Source: Octopus vulgaris
Lineage: Eukaryota
Reading direction: 5' to 3'
NCBI GenBank assembly: GCA_951406725.2
Contig: OX597816.1
Location: forward strand, 106,330,001 to 106,394,000
DNA: 64,000 nt
In this document: in pieces, positions 1 to 12,959 of the stretch
Numbering within the stretch: position 1 is the first letter of the stretch
Layout: each line of letters begins with the position of its first letter
The notes under the pieces: generated by a model
Databases searched by the model: none
Seen by the model: the letters and a program-made list of their open reading frames with translations, nothing else
What the model was told of the DNA's origin: nothing
Position numbers and translations under genes: made by a program

Positions 1-695
1 ATCAAAATGAAAACCCTCTGCAATTTTTAAGAAGTCTTGCACACAATTTGTCTTAAGAAATTTTTTTTTAATAAATTAAACTTTCTTATCCTAACTCTAC
101 TTCACAATGTACTCGCTATTATTTTCTATCCTATTGTTATAATAAAATGTGTGCTAAAATTTGATCTTTTCTTTCTTTATCCCAAATTATATTATTTTTG
201 AAATTCTGTGATGAGTCTTTTTCATAGATTCTTGCTCAATGGGAGTGCATTAAAGTGATCCATCTCAATTCAAGTAGATTATAAAGATTATGTTCTATCT
301 CACCTTCAGACTCCCTCTCTCTCTTCTTAAAACTTCAGAGATAGACCAATTAAATAACATTTATTGACCCACAGTCTAGAGAAACTGACCACGGTGATTA
401 TTAGCTGGTGGAATTTACCTATGGTAAAATTTACCACAGTGGAATTTACCTAGAACCATATATATATAGGTTTAAGAGACAGAATCACCTTCAGGCAACT
501 CAATCATCATTGAATGACATTATCCACAATATGTACATACAACCCATGCTAGCATGGAAAGCGGACGCTAAATGATGATGATGATGATAAGGACTAAATA
601 TTAAAATTATCAAAATTAATACCTACAATTCTTATTCCAAATTATCAAAATTAATACCTTCAATTCTTATTACAAATCATATACTTTACATTATC

Positions 696-800
696 TAGAC
701 TACACGCATTTCATGACAACATATTCCTCAATATTGCTGAAATAGAATGTCTCTATACAATACCACATTAAAATGATTATATTGCCAATCTTCAGGTCTA
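696..800 (-). ncRNA. Decayed type I hammerhead ribozyme motif (Penelope-like minimal HHR)
   Basis: Minus strand reads TAGAC-CTGAAGA-t-TGGCAATATA...TATGTTGTCA-t-GAAA-TGCGT-GTA-GTCTA. Stem I is TAGAC/GTCTA, the core is CUGANGA plus GAAA, stem II is 10 bp with G-U pairs, and the cleavage triplet is GUA. Stem III ATGCGTGT matches the palindrome ACGCGCGT after two CpG transitions. Confidence 0.5.
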
Positions 801-1408
801 TCTTATATGAACTTATTTTGCTATTTACATCGTATATTAAGACATGACAAACTAACATTATATAACTAAAAGTTGTTGAAATAATTTTACTTTAGTAAAT
901 AATGAACAGAAATGTGGAATAAAAGTAGGAAAAAGAAATGTTAACTTATGTGTATGGTAATTTTCTCAAGAAAAGCCTGCAAAGATCATTGGCTCTTCTT
1001 CTATCTTCAAACGCAGCTTGTTATATATATATACACATATATATATATTCACAACAAAATAACAAAAATGTATTAAAAAATATAATGACAAAACCATAAA
1101 AATAAAAGTTTTATAGCTCATGTAAATGCTAGAAAGACTTCTAAATCATCCTGTACATTTTCTCATACAGTCTGTGTTATTTTAGTTACTGTAATTCAAA
1201 TCTTCTTTAGATGTAAATTCTCAGATATTTTGGTGGAAAACAAGCTGCTGTGTAAATGATTTAAATATTAATTTCATTTAACAATCACAATTTTCCAGCC
1301 CTCTTTCCTGAAAAGAAGACAAATGTTTATACATTTCAGCTTCATTACACAGCTTCACTCAGATTTATTTTTCTTTGTTCTTAATGTATTTATCTGAAAC
1401 TATTTCAG

Positions 1409-1467
1409 AGAAATTGATAAAAGCAGTTGTATCTTTCCTACAAAATACCAACCACTCAAGGCACCAG
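1409..1467 (+). CDS. Internal coding exon of an unidentified gene (EIDKSSCIFPTKYQPLKAP)
   Basis: tttcag acceptor and cag|gtaact donor; open frame; phase 2 to 1, compatible with the next exon. Confidence 0.6.
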
Positions 1468-2127
1468 GTAACTTTTCTAATTTTATTTCTTCTGTTTCTC
1501 CCAATATACTAACTTAACAATTATATTTGTCTTTCAGTAAATTGAATTTGTGGCTGAATTGTAGCATTCATGCCCCTCACAATGGTATTAACTAATCTAG
1601 TGAAAAGACTCCAACATCACATTTCTTTTCCCAAAAAGATTATTATTATTTGTGTTAGTTTACAGAAATCATCATCACCATCATTTAACATCCATATACC
1701 AAGCTGGTATAGGTAGGATAGCTTGACAGAGAACTGGCAAGCTGCAAGGCTGCATTCAGCTCCAATGAAATATGAACGAATATATCAAAGAAATGGTATG
1801 CATTAGGGTTTCTGATACAGCCTTGTTATACTATCTACCCACCACCATCCAGTTGATTTTTTTTTTTTAATCTTGGAATGTGACAGTTAAGTGAACTACC
1901 AGGAGACTAATCTATTTGCAGAAGAACTATTCATTCATATTTTATAATTTCATTAGTACAGTACAAGAACCTATTTCCCTCTCCTCCCCCAAACCATGAC
2001 ATTTTGGTGGCTCTCCTCAGAATTAAAATAACAATTAGTTTTAAAAGTTTACACAGTAGCAACTGTATATGCTAAGATCCCTGTCACACTTTCAAACTTT
2101 GAAATGAATTTAAAGAGCTAAACATCT

Positions 2128-2355
2128 TTAACCCTTTCGTTATTAGCCCAGCCAAAACTGGCTCTGGCTCTGTAGTACAAATATCTTGTTTTCATAAATT
2201 TTGAATTAAAATCTTTCACCAAACCTTAGTCACAATTTATGTTCCTAACATTAGCTGAATGATAACTTAGTTATTTTACTAAACTCTTTGTTATATTTAA
2301 AAATGATTGAAAGAAACAGATTATCTCAAAATAAATACAGTAATGAAAGGGTTAA
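2128..2355. mobile_element. piggyBac-like MITE
   Basis: TTAA-CCCTTTC...GAAAGGG-TTAA termini; no coding capacity. Confidence 0.7.
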
Positions 2356-3208
2356 TCAACTTGTGTTTTCTTATGGCAATCAAAAAGCTCAAGCTTGTTA
2401 TCAGAATCTCCCGGAATAGACTTAATTTTTTATGGTTAGCATATCATCATTGATGATGATGATGATGGTGATATACTGTCCATTGAAAATTATATATATA
2501 GATTACTGTTTAGTTGGATTGTCTAACAATTTCAAAATTATTGGCAACAAATGGTAATGTGCCTTCTTTCTTTATAATATAAGATTCTAACATATGTACA
2601 ATGCTACAAATTTGGAGGAAAGGGAAAAGTACTTCAGTACTTAATTCATTTTATCAACCCTGAAAAGATGAAAAGTCAGAATTTGAGCTCACAATGTAAA
2701 AGACACAGCATTATTTAATGAGTAATATTTAATGAATAAATCATTTAATATAATGAATAAATGTGTCTTATTGTTTATCTGTAACTTATTTCAGTCATTG
2801 AACTGCAGCTATCCTGGGGCCTTGAAGGGTTTTAGTCAAACAAATAAATCCCAATACTTTTTTTTTGTAAGCCTGGTACTTTTATCAATCTCTTTTACTG
2901 AGCTACTAAGTTACATGGACATAAACAAAAAGACAGAAATATATATCTATATATTTTTAATTATTTTTTTTAAAGCCAAAACTATGCTAGTTATAAAAAT
3001 AATGTCAATGGTTTTACCAAGTATTTCATTATTTCAGGGTTAAGACCCCTTCTTCAGGAAATCTTTGGAGAAAAGGTGTTGTTAGATGGCTTCTCTCTCT
3101 TCCACTACATGAAATGTGTTAATACTAACTTATTGTAATACTACTTAATGGTAGGAAGTAAAACAAAACCAAACAATATCAATTCAGTAACTACTTTATA
3201 TTTTTCAG

Positions 3209-3340
3209 AAATCATCAACGTAATCCATGTTATTCCATCAGGGATATCAATTAAAAAGACCTTTCTTTTGGATCATGGCCGGTTACATATGGAATCTGTG
3301 AAACAGTCTTTTGGTTTGAATACCATTGAGCTTTACATTG
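3209..3340 (+). CDS. Internal coding exon (EIINVIHVIPSGISIKKTFLLDHGRLHMESVKQSFGLNTIELYI)
   Basis: tttttcag acceptor and g|gtgag donor; 132 nt, phase 1 to 1; frame continues into both flanking exons. Confidence 0.75.
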
Positions 3341-3858
3341 GTGAGAAATATTTCCTCATCATATTTTGAGAATACAATAAAATAATAACACATCAATTTA
3401 ATCTATTGTATTGTAATTATAATGTGGATATTGATTAACTTTTTCCTATTTAACTCAGTTTATTGTAATTGTATTTTTACAAGTACAACAAAGATCTCCT
3501 GGGTTTTTAACTTGCATTTATTTTATCATTAACATCATGATCCCTGTACTATAAGCATGTGGCTCCAGTGTGTATCAAGGTTATGTTGGTTCAGTACTAG
3601 AACACTTATCTACTATTTCCCTTAGATGGGTTAATCACTACCACATTGAGCTAGAAATTTGTTACAAGTAGTATTCTATGAGAGACAGGTTGTTGTAGGG
3701 AAAGGAAAGAGCCCTAAAGATTCTGGCAAATGTGCAGATTTGTCACTACCCAACCTGTAATTTTCATAGCAAAAGTGATCTAATTGGTGTAAATGTATTT
3801 TTGTTAAAGCTCTCTCATTAACACACATTATATCACCGGTTTTCTTTTCTTTTTTCAG

Positions 3859-4100
3859 ATGGTGTTCCTGTTATTGTCAGTGCAAACATTGATGGCTATA
3901 TTCCACTGAAATTCGAACCCAATTCTACACTGTTCATTAGTGGTGTCACATCTCCAGCTCAGGAGGATAGTGTATCAATATCATCATTAGCATCATCTGC
4001 TGTCTTACCTCAGAGCCCAATTAATGAAAGTAAACCTATTACAGACTTAACAGTTACTGGGGCTCTGACTTCCATCAAAGGAAAAGCCACATCATGTTAG
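3859..4100 (+). CDS. Terminal coding exon (DGVPVIVSANIDGYIPLKFEP...KGKATSC*) of an unidentified gene whose 5' part lies upstream of the window
   Basis: Long polypyrimidine tract plus cag acceptor; phase matches the previous exon; ~80 open codons to TAG; AATAAA at 4421. Confidence 0.75.
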
Positions 4101-5036
4101 CATTTCCAGTGAAAATCTCTCTCTTTTCTTGTATGTCTTCATCTTGTAATGACTTTGGGGGAGGCAGCCAGTTTGTACTATTCGGTAAAGAAGTTGCTGT
4201 GTTATTATTTGTTAGCTACAACTGCACAACCTTACAACTAACTGCACAGTTTGCTTAAAATACATTAACATCTATATAATTTCCCCTTCTCAAATACATT
4301 GCTATTATATATATATGAGAATGTATATGTGTTTGTATATTTGAACAAATTGATGTATTATGTATTGTTATGGATTTTTTTTTTTTGTTAATAATGAAAG
4401 CACAAAAAAGAAAAAGCTGTAATAAATAAATAACATAAAAACAAGCTGTTTTCTTCATTTTGACCTGTTCCTATTTAGTGCCATACCAGTGCCATGTATT
4501 ACTGCTTATACCATGAGATATGACATCATCCTCATCATTATTATCAACATTGTTTAAACATCTATTTTTCCATGTTTGCATAAATCAAATGAAACTTGTT
4601 GAAACAGATTTTCTATAGATGGATGTTCTTCTTATCACCAATCCCCACCTGTATCTGTTTCCAAGAAAAGCATTATCCCTTGTTCTTCAAACAATGAACA
4701 ACTCAATGGCTAAACATGTTTTAATAGAAGATTGCAAACAAACAATACCAATTGAGTGAATAAATGCTGAAGCAAAGGAAAGACACACACATGCATACCA
4801 TACATGCATATATATATGTATGTATGTTTACACACATGATGAAAGTAAATAGGGGTTAAATAAGCCATGGTGAATACCCCTTTAAGCAGTCTCTGGAAAT
4901 AGAACTTGTTCAGTTATAACAATCCATATATCATTATTTTTTTCTTGTGACAGGTATAATTTGTAAATCCATGGTTGAACACCAATTAAACTGGGTATAT
5001 TAATCACTGTATATTAGAAAAAAAGCAAAGGATCCA

Positions 5037-6782
5037 GATGCATTATCATCAATTTATTTAGCTTACACATGTTTCAAACAGCATGGCACAACAGAAGTTC
5101 TGCACATTGCGGTATGCACATTTAATTAATCCTTCTATTGGTTGACTGAATTGTGAGAGAAACAGAGCATGTAGCTGCCATGCCATTCTTTTCAATGCTT
5201 CTGCTAAATTTTGTATATATTGGGATAATGTAGAAAGGGCAATAAATTCCAGACTGCTGTTTCCATTTTATTGTCCAGTGTCCATATCATGGGCAAGGGG
5301 CAGTCTCTTTTTCTTCATTTAATGACAGCTACTACTTGTATGTATTTTGTTAGACTTGTAATTTAATCTGGAATGTCATTAAGTGCAACTTAATTCACAG
5401 CAGAAGACAATGAATTTAATAGAACTATAAAAGAAAATCTAATAAAAATATGCTTTTCACTGTTGAAGGAATTTATATTAGGTAAAAATTACATTTCATA
5501 AATTAATAAAAAAAGAATAAATTATACACATATACACTCACATACATATATGTACACACACATGCATACACACTCTTACTTGTCATGATACAGACTTACA
5601 TCAAATTTGTAAAATTTTTGAAGAAAAGAATATCAAAAATTTAATTAAAGTGTAAAACAATGTTGGGAAACAGGAAACATTAAAATATGATATAGTGCCT
5701 CAACTATTAATTTTAATATGTCAGTTTGTGGATGATTTAGTATATTATTATATATGTTAATCCCTATTATGAAGTATATGCTACAGGGATTAACGAGAGT
5801 TGCTGAAGCATGGAACAAACTGCTGGCATCAGTTGTTAGTTGTCTGAGCACTGCATCCTTCAAAACTTCCATGCTTTCTGAGATTCGCCAACACTACACC
5901 TGATTTTCTCCCCTCCATACACACACAGGCATGTATCTGACTCATACATTGTTCGCTTTCCAGACATTTTTACATTACTGCATGTACTTTATATGCACTT
6001 TTTGACAAGTTGTGGTGCACCTGAGCACTGTATACAATAATTTCATTATTATTTTTTATTTTATAAAATATACTAAATTATCTGCAAACTGACATATTAA
6101 AATTAATTGCTTTGTCAATATTTTAATGTTTCCTCTTCCCCACTCTGTTTTAATCTTTAATTAAGTTTTTAATATTCCTTGCTTTAAAACTTTAGAAATT
6201 CAATTGTAAGTTTTTATTATGATTAGTAAGAGTGTGTATGTATATATATATATAGAGAGAGAGAGAGAGATGCATTAGTGTGTGTATGCATTTATACAGT
6301 ACGTGTGTGTATGTATGACATTTTATTTTTATGTTATATAATTTTACTTAATATAGATTACTCCAACAACCAAATGCATATTTTTCTTAGTAGATACTGA
6401 TTTTCTTTTATAGTTCTAGCAAATTCTTTTTGTCATTAAGATGCACTTAAGAGAGACTAAATTACAATTTTTTTCTTGACAAGATACATCTATTAGCTGC
6501 CATTAAATTAAAAGAAAGATACCACCCTTTGCCTGACATGGACACTGAATAATAAAATGGAGACAGTGGTCTGGAATTTATTGTTTGTAAACTCCTTCCT
6601 CATTATTTCAATGTATACAAAATTTAGAAGAAGCATTCTTTGTAAAGAATAGCATGGCAACTTCATGCTCTGTATCTCTGGCAATTTAGTCGATCAAATG
6701 ACGGGTTGATTAAATGTGCAATGCCTGCATTGTGCCATGTTACTTGAAACGTGTAAGCTAAATAAATTGCTGATAATGCATC
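5037..6782. repeat. Large imperfect inverted repeat / foldback element (arms ~5037-5750 and ~6062-6782)
   Basis: Arms align as reverse complements at the outer ends (cattatcatcaatttatttagcttacac vs gtgtaagctaaataaattgctgataatg), in the middle (aataaattccagac vs gtctggaatttatt) and at the inner ends (ttaattttaatatgtcagtttg vs caaactgacatattaaaattaa). Confidence 0.85.
5765..6055 (+). mobile_element. CR1/L2-group LINE 3' end (second copy at ~12020-12280)
   Basis: Translates to RVAEAWNKLLASVVSCLSTASFKTSML, resembling the CR1 ORF2 C-terminus; (ATT)n tail; similar copy at 12 kb. Confidence 0.65.
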
Positions 6783-7453
6783 TTGATTTGTTATGGTAGT
6801 ATAGTAATAACAGGTGAGAAAATGCTTTAAATGTTGTCGGTATGATGGTACAAAATGAAGAAAGACTGGTCAATGCTTGAAAGAATATTCCTTAAATACA
6901 GATGTATGGTATATGATATATTTCCAAATAGGAGTTTGTAAATCATTTTCAATACAAGACCTATAACAATACCCAAAGAAAAAAAGATTATCTATGTAAA
7001 AGGGTTTTTTTTTTTTCCTTTTTGGGGGCAGATTTAACAAGTACTTCTACCTTCATAGATATTCCTTCATTCATGTACACACTCATTTGTTAATGTTGAT
7101 ACCATAATAGCAAATGTATGTGCCATATATGTGTTTGTGTATGAGTATGTATGCAAGTATACATGTTTGTGTGTGAAAACACTACAATCTTAACAACTGT
7201 TCTTTAGAAACTATTGTATTATAAGCATGTTTGTATTTATTTTTTTAATTGAAAATAATTTATTTGAAAATATTTTGTCAAAAGCAATCTATAGGCACAA
7301 AAATTATATAAGAAGAGAGATTAATTTTAAAAATTGTTGCCCTCCCTATGTTTCCCTTTAAATTTAAATTAATACATTTGTAAAGAGGGAAAAAACGTAA
7401 ATCAATCTAGAATCACTATGTTACAATGAATAATTTCAATATAAAATTACACT

Positions 7454-10400
7454 TTATTCACTTGAGTCACCTGAAGCAGAGCCACCAGACACTGATAATA
7501 ACTGATTGTCAATTAAGGATGTGTTATAAACCCACGTTCTTGTTAACTTCAAAATAAAGATACTTCATAAAATTACTTAAAAACCCTTTAGCATTCAGAT
7601 TTCTCTGTTAAATGTAATGCTAATTTATTCACATTGTTTTGAATTAATAATCATGCGCAGTGCTTCTACCGTCATAGATATTCCTTCATTCATGTACATA
7701 CTCATTTGTTAGTGTTGATACCATAATAGTGAATGTATGTGCCATACGTGTTTGTATGTTAGTATGTATGCAGGTATACATGTTTGTGTCTGAGATTTCA
7801 ATGATGTGATTGTTCTTTTTTAGAATAATATTGTAGGGTAAGTGTGAGAGACTGGATTTGGTCAGTTTGAAGATAGAAAAAGGTAGATTATTTTGGCCAG
7901 ATATGGCTAGTTTAAATGCTAAAGGGGTTAACAGAAAAATAGAGTGTTGAGAATGGTTAAGCTGAAGGGAATTATTCAATCAGCTAAAAATTTGTCACCA
8001 ACTATTCAAGTCATTGTGTGAGAAAGAGATGCTTTTAGTTTTTAAACAGTGCCTTGCCATTACAAAACTACCCTCTATTGTTAGACAAGTTTCTTTACTC
8101 CCCTTTGTGTACGTTCATTTCTCAGACGGTGTAGTTGTTTGAGTTAACCCTTTCACATTCAGATTACTCTGTCAAATGTGATGCTTATTGATTCACATTG
8201 TTTATTTTAGAGTAGGTGTGAGAGGCAAAACCTGGCTGGCTTGGACATAAAAACAAGTACAATATTTGGGATGGATATGGCCCTTTTAAATGCTAAAGGG
8301 TTAATGTAAATAGGGAAGAAGTCATAGAGAAAAGTAATTTTCGAGTAGAAAGATTTGAGAAAACTTTAGTTCAAGGTTTAGCGGTGAAATATTGATGTTA
8401 TTGCTTAGTCCCAGATTAGTCTTACTTTAACAGATCCTATGATCAAAGATGCTCCAGTCATGTTCATGTACTGTCTTTTGTTTAGATATAGTGTATCTAG
8501 GATTATCTATCCAACACTAGTCCCTTTCTAAATAGTTTAAAAGTTGAGGGAAATTTGGCTGCTATTGCTAGTGGATCAAACAATCATGTAGAGCAAGGGT
8601 GGGGGAATCCCCCCCTTATGGTCAAAATTTTGCCCACATTCAAAATATAACCTTCTCACTAACATAAAACCCGTATGTGAAAAAAATAGCTTAACCCTTC
8701 AGCATTTAGACTGGCCATACCTGGCCCAAATATCCTACCCTTTTTACATTCAAACTGGCCAGATCCAACCTCTCACACCTCCCCTACAATATCATTCGAA
8801 AAATAAACAATGACATAGAAATCTTGAAGCTACAAAATTATGTGAATAAATAAGCATTACATTTGACAGAGTAATCTGCATAACAGAGGGTTAAGCCTTA
8901 ATACCAAAATAGTAATTTAGGTCATGTGTCTATGTATTTGTAAAATTAAATATTCGTTCTTCTTTTTGGTATAAATACTGCAAAGCATTTTTTTTCCAAT
9001 CCTTATAATTTTGCCGATCTACTGCCCGTTAACATCAACAAAGAAAGATTGGGAGAAAATTACCCAATTAAGGCGGTAAGCTGGCAGAGTTCAAATTCCG
9101 CCAAGGTCAACTTTGCCTTTCATCCTTTCGGGGTCGATAAATTAAGTACCAGTTACGCACTGGGGTCAATGTAATCAACTTAATCCCTTTATCTGTCCTT
9201 GTTTGTCCCCTTTAAGTTTAGCCCCTTGTGGGCAATAAAGAAATAAGAAAATTACCCAAGACTGCATTTGGCATCAAGGTTTTGGCATGTACTGATAAGA
9301 TTATGTTACTGAGAAGATCAAAACATGACAAGAGTTTTCACTATATTTAATAAAGATTAGATTAACTCATCACTACGTGTCCCATTCATTTTTTATTAAT
9401 TTGAATTTAGGAGTAGTTGTTCCCATGAGATCCAAAGCTTGCTTGTTCACAATGCACCTACCCTTATTCACACACACCGCTATATCAGATACCTTTCTCT
9501 TATTTCTCTACCCCAACAAGTAAGTGGAGACCATACTAGCTGGGGTAAAGAAAGTAATTTAGAAAGTTTTTCATTGGTGCAGGTGTGGCTGTGTAGTAAG
9601 AAGCTTGCTTCCCAACCACATGGTTCCAGGTTCAGTCCCACTATGTAGAACCTTGGGCAAATGTCTTCTGTTACAGCCTCAGGCCAACCAAAGCCTTGAG
9701 AGTGGATTTGGTAGACAAACTGGTAGAAGCCCGTTGTATATATATATATAACTCTGTGTGTGTGTCTGTATCCCGCCCTCCATCACCACTTGACAACCAG
9801 TGTTGGTGTGTTTATGTCCCCGTAATTTAGGAGTTCGGGAGAAAAGACTGATAGAATAAGTACTAGGCTTAAAAATTAAGTCCTGAGGTCAATTTGTTTG
9901 ACTAAAATCCTTCAAGGCAGTGCTCCAGCATGGCCACAGTCAAATGACTGAAACAAAAAAGAACTGGTCTTAGTGGAAAAAAATCAAATCAGACCTGAAG
10001 GTCATTGTTCTATAGTATGGCAACAACTTACCTCAAAAGAACTGTTTAGACAACAATAATGAAAAAACCTGTTATAAATGTTGTAATAAAAGGCAAATCA
10101 TCAAAATTTATGAATATCAAAACATTAAGAAAGCAGGATGAACTTTCAAATACAAAAGACAAATAGAACTAATGAATGGAGATGCTGTTACAGTAAGAAA
10201 GTAGACACACTGTTGGTTAATTTAGGAAATTTCAAACCATTTCATTAAGCAGTGAGACAAATACGAAAAAAATAAACAGAATGACTCCAGCTCATGCCAA
10301 ATGATTTAGAAAGTAAATCTTATAAAGTGGAATAAATTCAACATCTTGATGTGTGTCTCTCATCCTCCATCTCTTTATCCATCTATGCCAGAGAGAGAAA

Positions 10401-10565
10401 GAAAGATTGTAGCAACGACTCCCATTTCAACTTTCTACCTTTCTACATCTTTCATGATACACAGCAGCATGTGATTTGAGGGAGATTTGGTGGTTATTTT
10501 ATAGAATAATTGTTGTACAAAACTTCCTTGAGGTGGTAAATAATTATGTATCTGGTTCGTAGTTT
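7454..10565 (-). CDS. Putative exons of an unidentified minus-strand gene: 10565-10439, 10068-10032, 7546-7454
   Basis: AG/GT boundaries with matching phases give the open peptide ETTNQIHNYLPPQGSFVQQLFYK...DVER|FFHYCCLNSSFE|LTRTWVYNTSLIDNQLLSVSGGSASGDSSE*. AATAAA overlaps the stop. No homology recognised, and chance frames are possible in AT-rich DNA. Confidence 0.35.
7577..8894. mobile_element. Three copies of a piggyBac-like MITE family (7577-7931, 8144-8304, and 8691-8894 in inverted orientation)
   Basis: TTAA flanks, CCCTTTAGCATT/AATGCTAAAGGG-type termini, shared internal sequence. Confidence 0.75.
9071..9250 (+). mobile_element. SINE family B (tRNA-derived, gcctttcatcctttcggggtcgataaa core) with target-site duplication
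   Basis: B-box-like gagttcaaattcc; AGAAAATTACCCAA on both sides; many other copies in the window. Confidence 0.8.
9578..9960 (+). mobile_element. SINE family A (tRNA head ggctgtgtggtaag...ggttcagtccc); other copies at ~14783-15218 (+), 42368-42738 (-), 51795-52200 (+), 62322-62670 (+), and partial copies at 2770-2925 and 34930-35122
   Basis: A/B-box-like head, ccttgggcaagt core, internal (TA)n/(TG)n and a conserved tail across copies. Confidence 0.8.
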
Positions 10566-10955
10566 CTGAATACATACATACACATGCATATCCACACACA
10601 TGCACATACATGCTAAAGAGATTATAATGTAAATTGAAAATTATTTTGCCTCTTGATAATGGCCATTTTAGGTGTTGTAAGCAACAATGAGTAACAATGT
10701 TAAATGTCTGCAATTTGTTTGAAATGGTTAATAAAATGGAATATTACAGAACACAATTGAAAAATATTCATTTTATTTTGACAAAATATGATTACACCCA
10801 CACACATTCATACACATATACACACAGCTGACACCCAGTTATACAACATATACATAGACAAGAACACACACACACGAACATATATTAAATGTGTGTGTAT
10901 ACACACAGACATTTCATATATATATATATATACATACACACACACATACATACAT

Positions 10956-11028
<73 letters not shown>

Positions 11029-12959
11029 TGCAAGGGGCAGACAGTCACCATATATAAACTCATCTTCACAGGCCTATCTTGAAAATGGCTATAAACCTGT
11101 GTGGTAAAAAAAAAAAAGAGAATTTAAATAGCACCAAAAATAAATGGTAACCAGTATCTCTCTTTCCACAGACACATTTGATTAAATCTTTCAACACACA
11201 CACACACACATATATTCTGTAGAATAGGGTGACAGAGACAGCAAGAAAAAGTAAAGAGAAATAATACATATACAGATACATGTATATTTCTATTAAATTT
11301 GTCTATTGTTAAAAACTTTCTATATGTTTGCATCTTTATTCATATGCGTAGCTACATACATTTATTTATAATCACAACACATGTACATTGTGCATACACA
11401 TAACATTTTCACATGTTCATACACATGCATACATTTATACACACATCAGGTATAAATGTGTTTCGATAATATATATATTTTTAAATCAGTAATTGATGTG
11501 TGGGTGTTTATGCATTTTTGAAGTGAGGAAGTATTTCGAAAGTTTTTGAAGTGTGTCTTGCCACCATTATAGGTTGTGATAGCTTATTATTATTTTTGGT
11601 GCTGAATTTAGTCAGAGCCTATTATCACTATGACTGATATATTTCAATGAGCTTCCATGATTCAGGTGTAGTCAAGCGGTTACTACTCTCCTATCAGAGT
11701 AACGCTTCAATGGAGATGAGAATGCCAGCAAGATGGTGAAGATGAGCAAAAATAAAAAGACAAATAAATAAAGCTAAAATATGAATAATGGAAAATATTA
11801 AAAGGAAATTAGAAAACTTTAATATTTTCATAATGATTTTTAATAGTGAGTATAAATGACTGAAACAAGTGTTTAGTGGACAATCAGTTTAGTGGTTGCT
11901 AGTTCATATTCTATCAACAGTGGTTTTTTTATATGTTGTGATAGTCAGCTTTAGTTGAGGAAACCTACAGTATATAGGTAGTTAATTCAATGCATAGGTA
12001 AAATCCATAGATCCTACCTAGCTGAGCACTACACTGTGCATTTACCATGCAGAAGATAATTAGTTTTTGGAGCACTGCATCCTTCAAAACTTCTATGCTT
12101 CCCGAGATTCACCAACACTACACCTGATTTTCTCTCCTCTATACACACGCAAGCATGTACCTGACTCATACACTGTTCACTTTCCAGACACTTGTACATT
12201 ATTGCATATGCTTTATACACACTTTTGACAAGTTGTGGTGCACCTGAGCACTGTATACAATAATTTCATTATCATTATTATATATGTAGTGCAGTGCTGC
12301 AGTTTGGTGGATGAATTTTCTTCTAAGTCCAGTGTGTTTCTATATGTCTCTTATTGTAGTTATTGTTTTAGATCTAGGTAAATCCCGATCAAGTAGATCT
12401 ATGAGGAAAGTGTTTCAACTATGACCATCTTTTCTTTTTCTTTTTCTTTTTTTTGAGACAATGTATCTAAGGCTACATTATCCAGTGTTCTTATTTTTTT
12501 AAGACAGTAAAGGTGTGATTCAAATGAGAATTGGATGCTATTTCTCACCAGTCAAGCTACCATGTAAAGTCTCCCTTATTAGCTCAATTTTATATCTGTA
12601 GAATCTGGTGGATTCATTCTAAAGACAACTGTTGTTTCTCTGCACTTATCATTGGATCATCAAGCAATTTTGTGTACATTGCTCAAAATATTTCATTCTC
12701 CAATAGATTATTCATTGACTTAAGAATAAAGGATAACTAATCACTATTTATGGCAACAGCACAGAAAAATTGATGAGCATTTCATTAGCCTGCACAGATG
12801 AGTTCAATTCAAGTGAGTGCTGCTGTAAGATGACTTAGGTATCACTGGTCTCTTCTACAACAGAACCAACCACTTGTTGATGGATATCAAGGAATCTATT
12901 CAATTATTTGACAAAATTTAGGTCAAGAAAGGAGCAAATTTTCTTTGCTACAAATAATA

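Noticed and set aside
10788-11107. His/Thr- and Cys/Val-rich ORFs (also at 30.7, 34.4, 37.4, 39.9, 40.6, 50.1, 52.1 and 54.2 kb)
   Set aside because: Translations of (CA)n, (TA)n and (TACA)n microsatellites, open in several frames at once.
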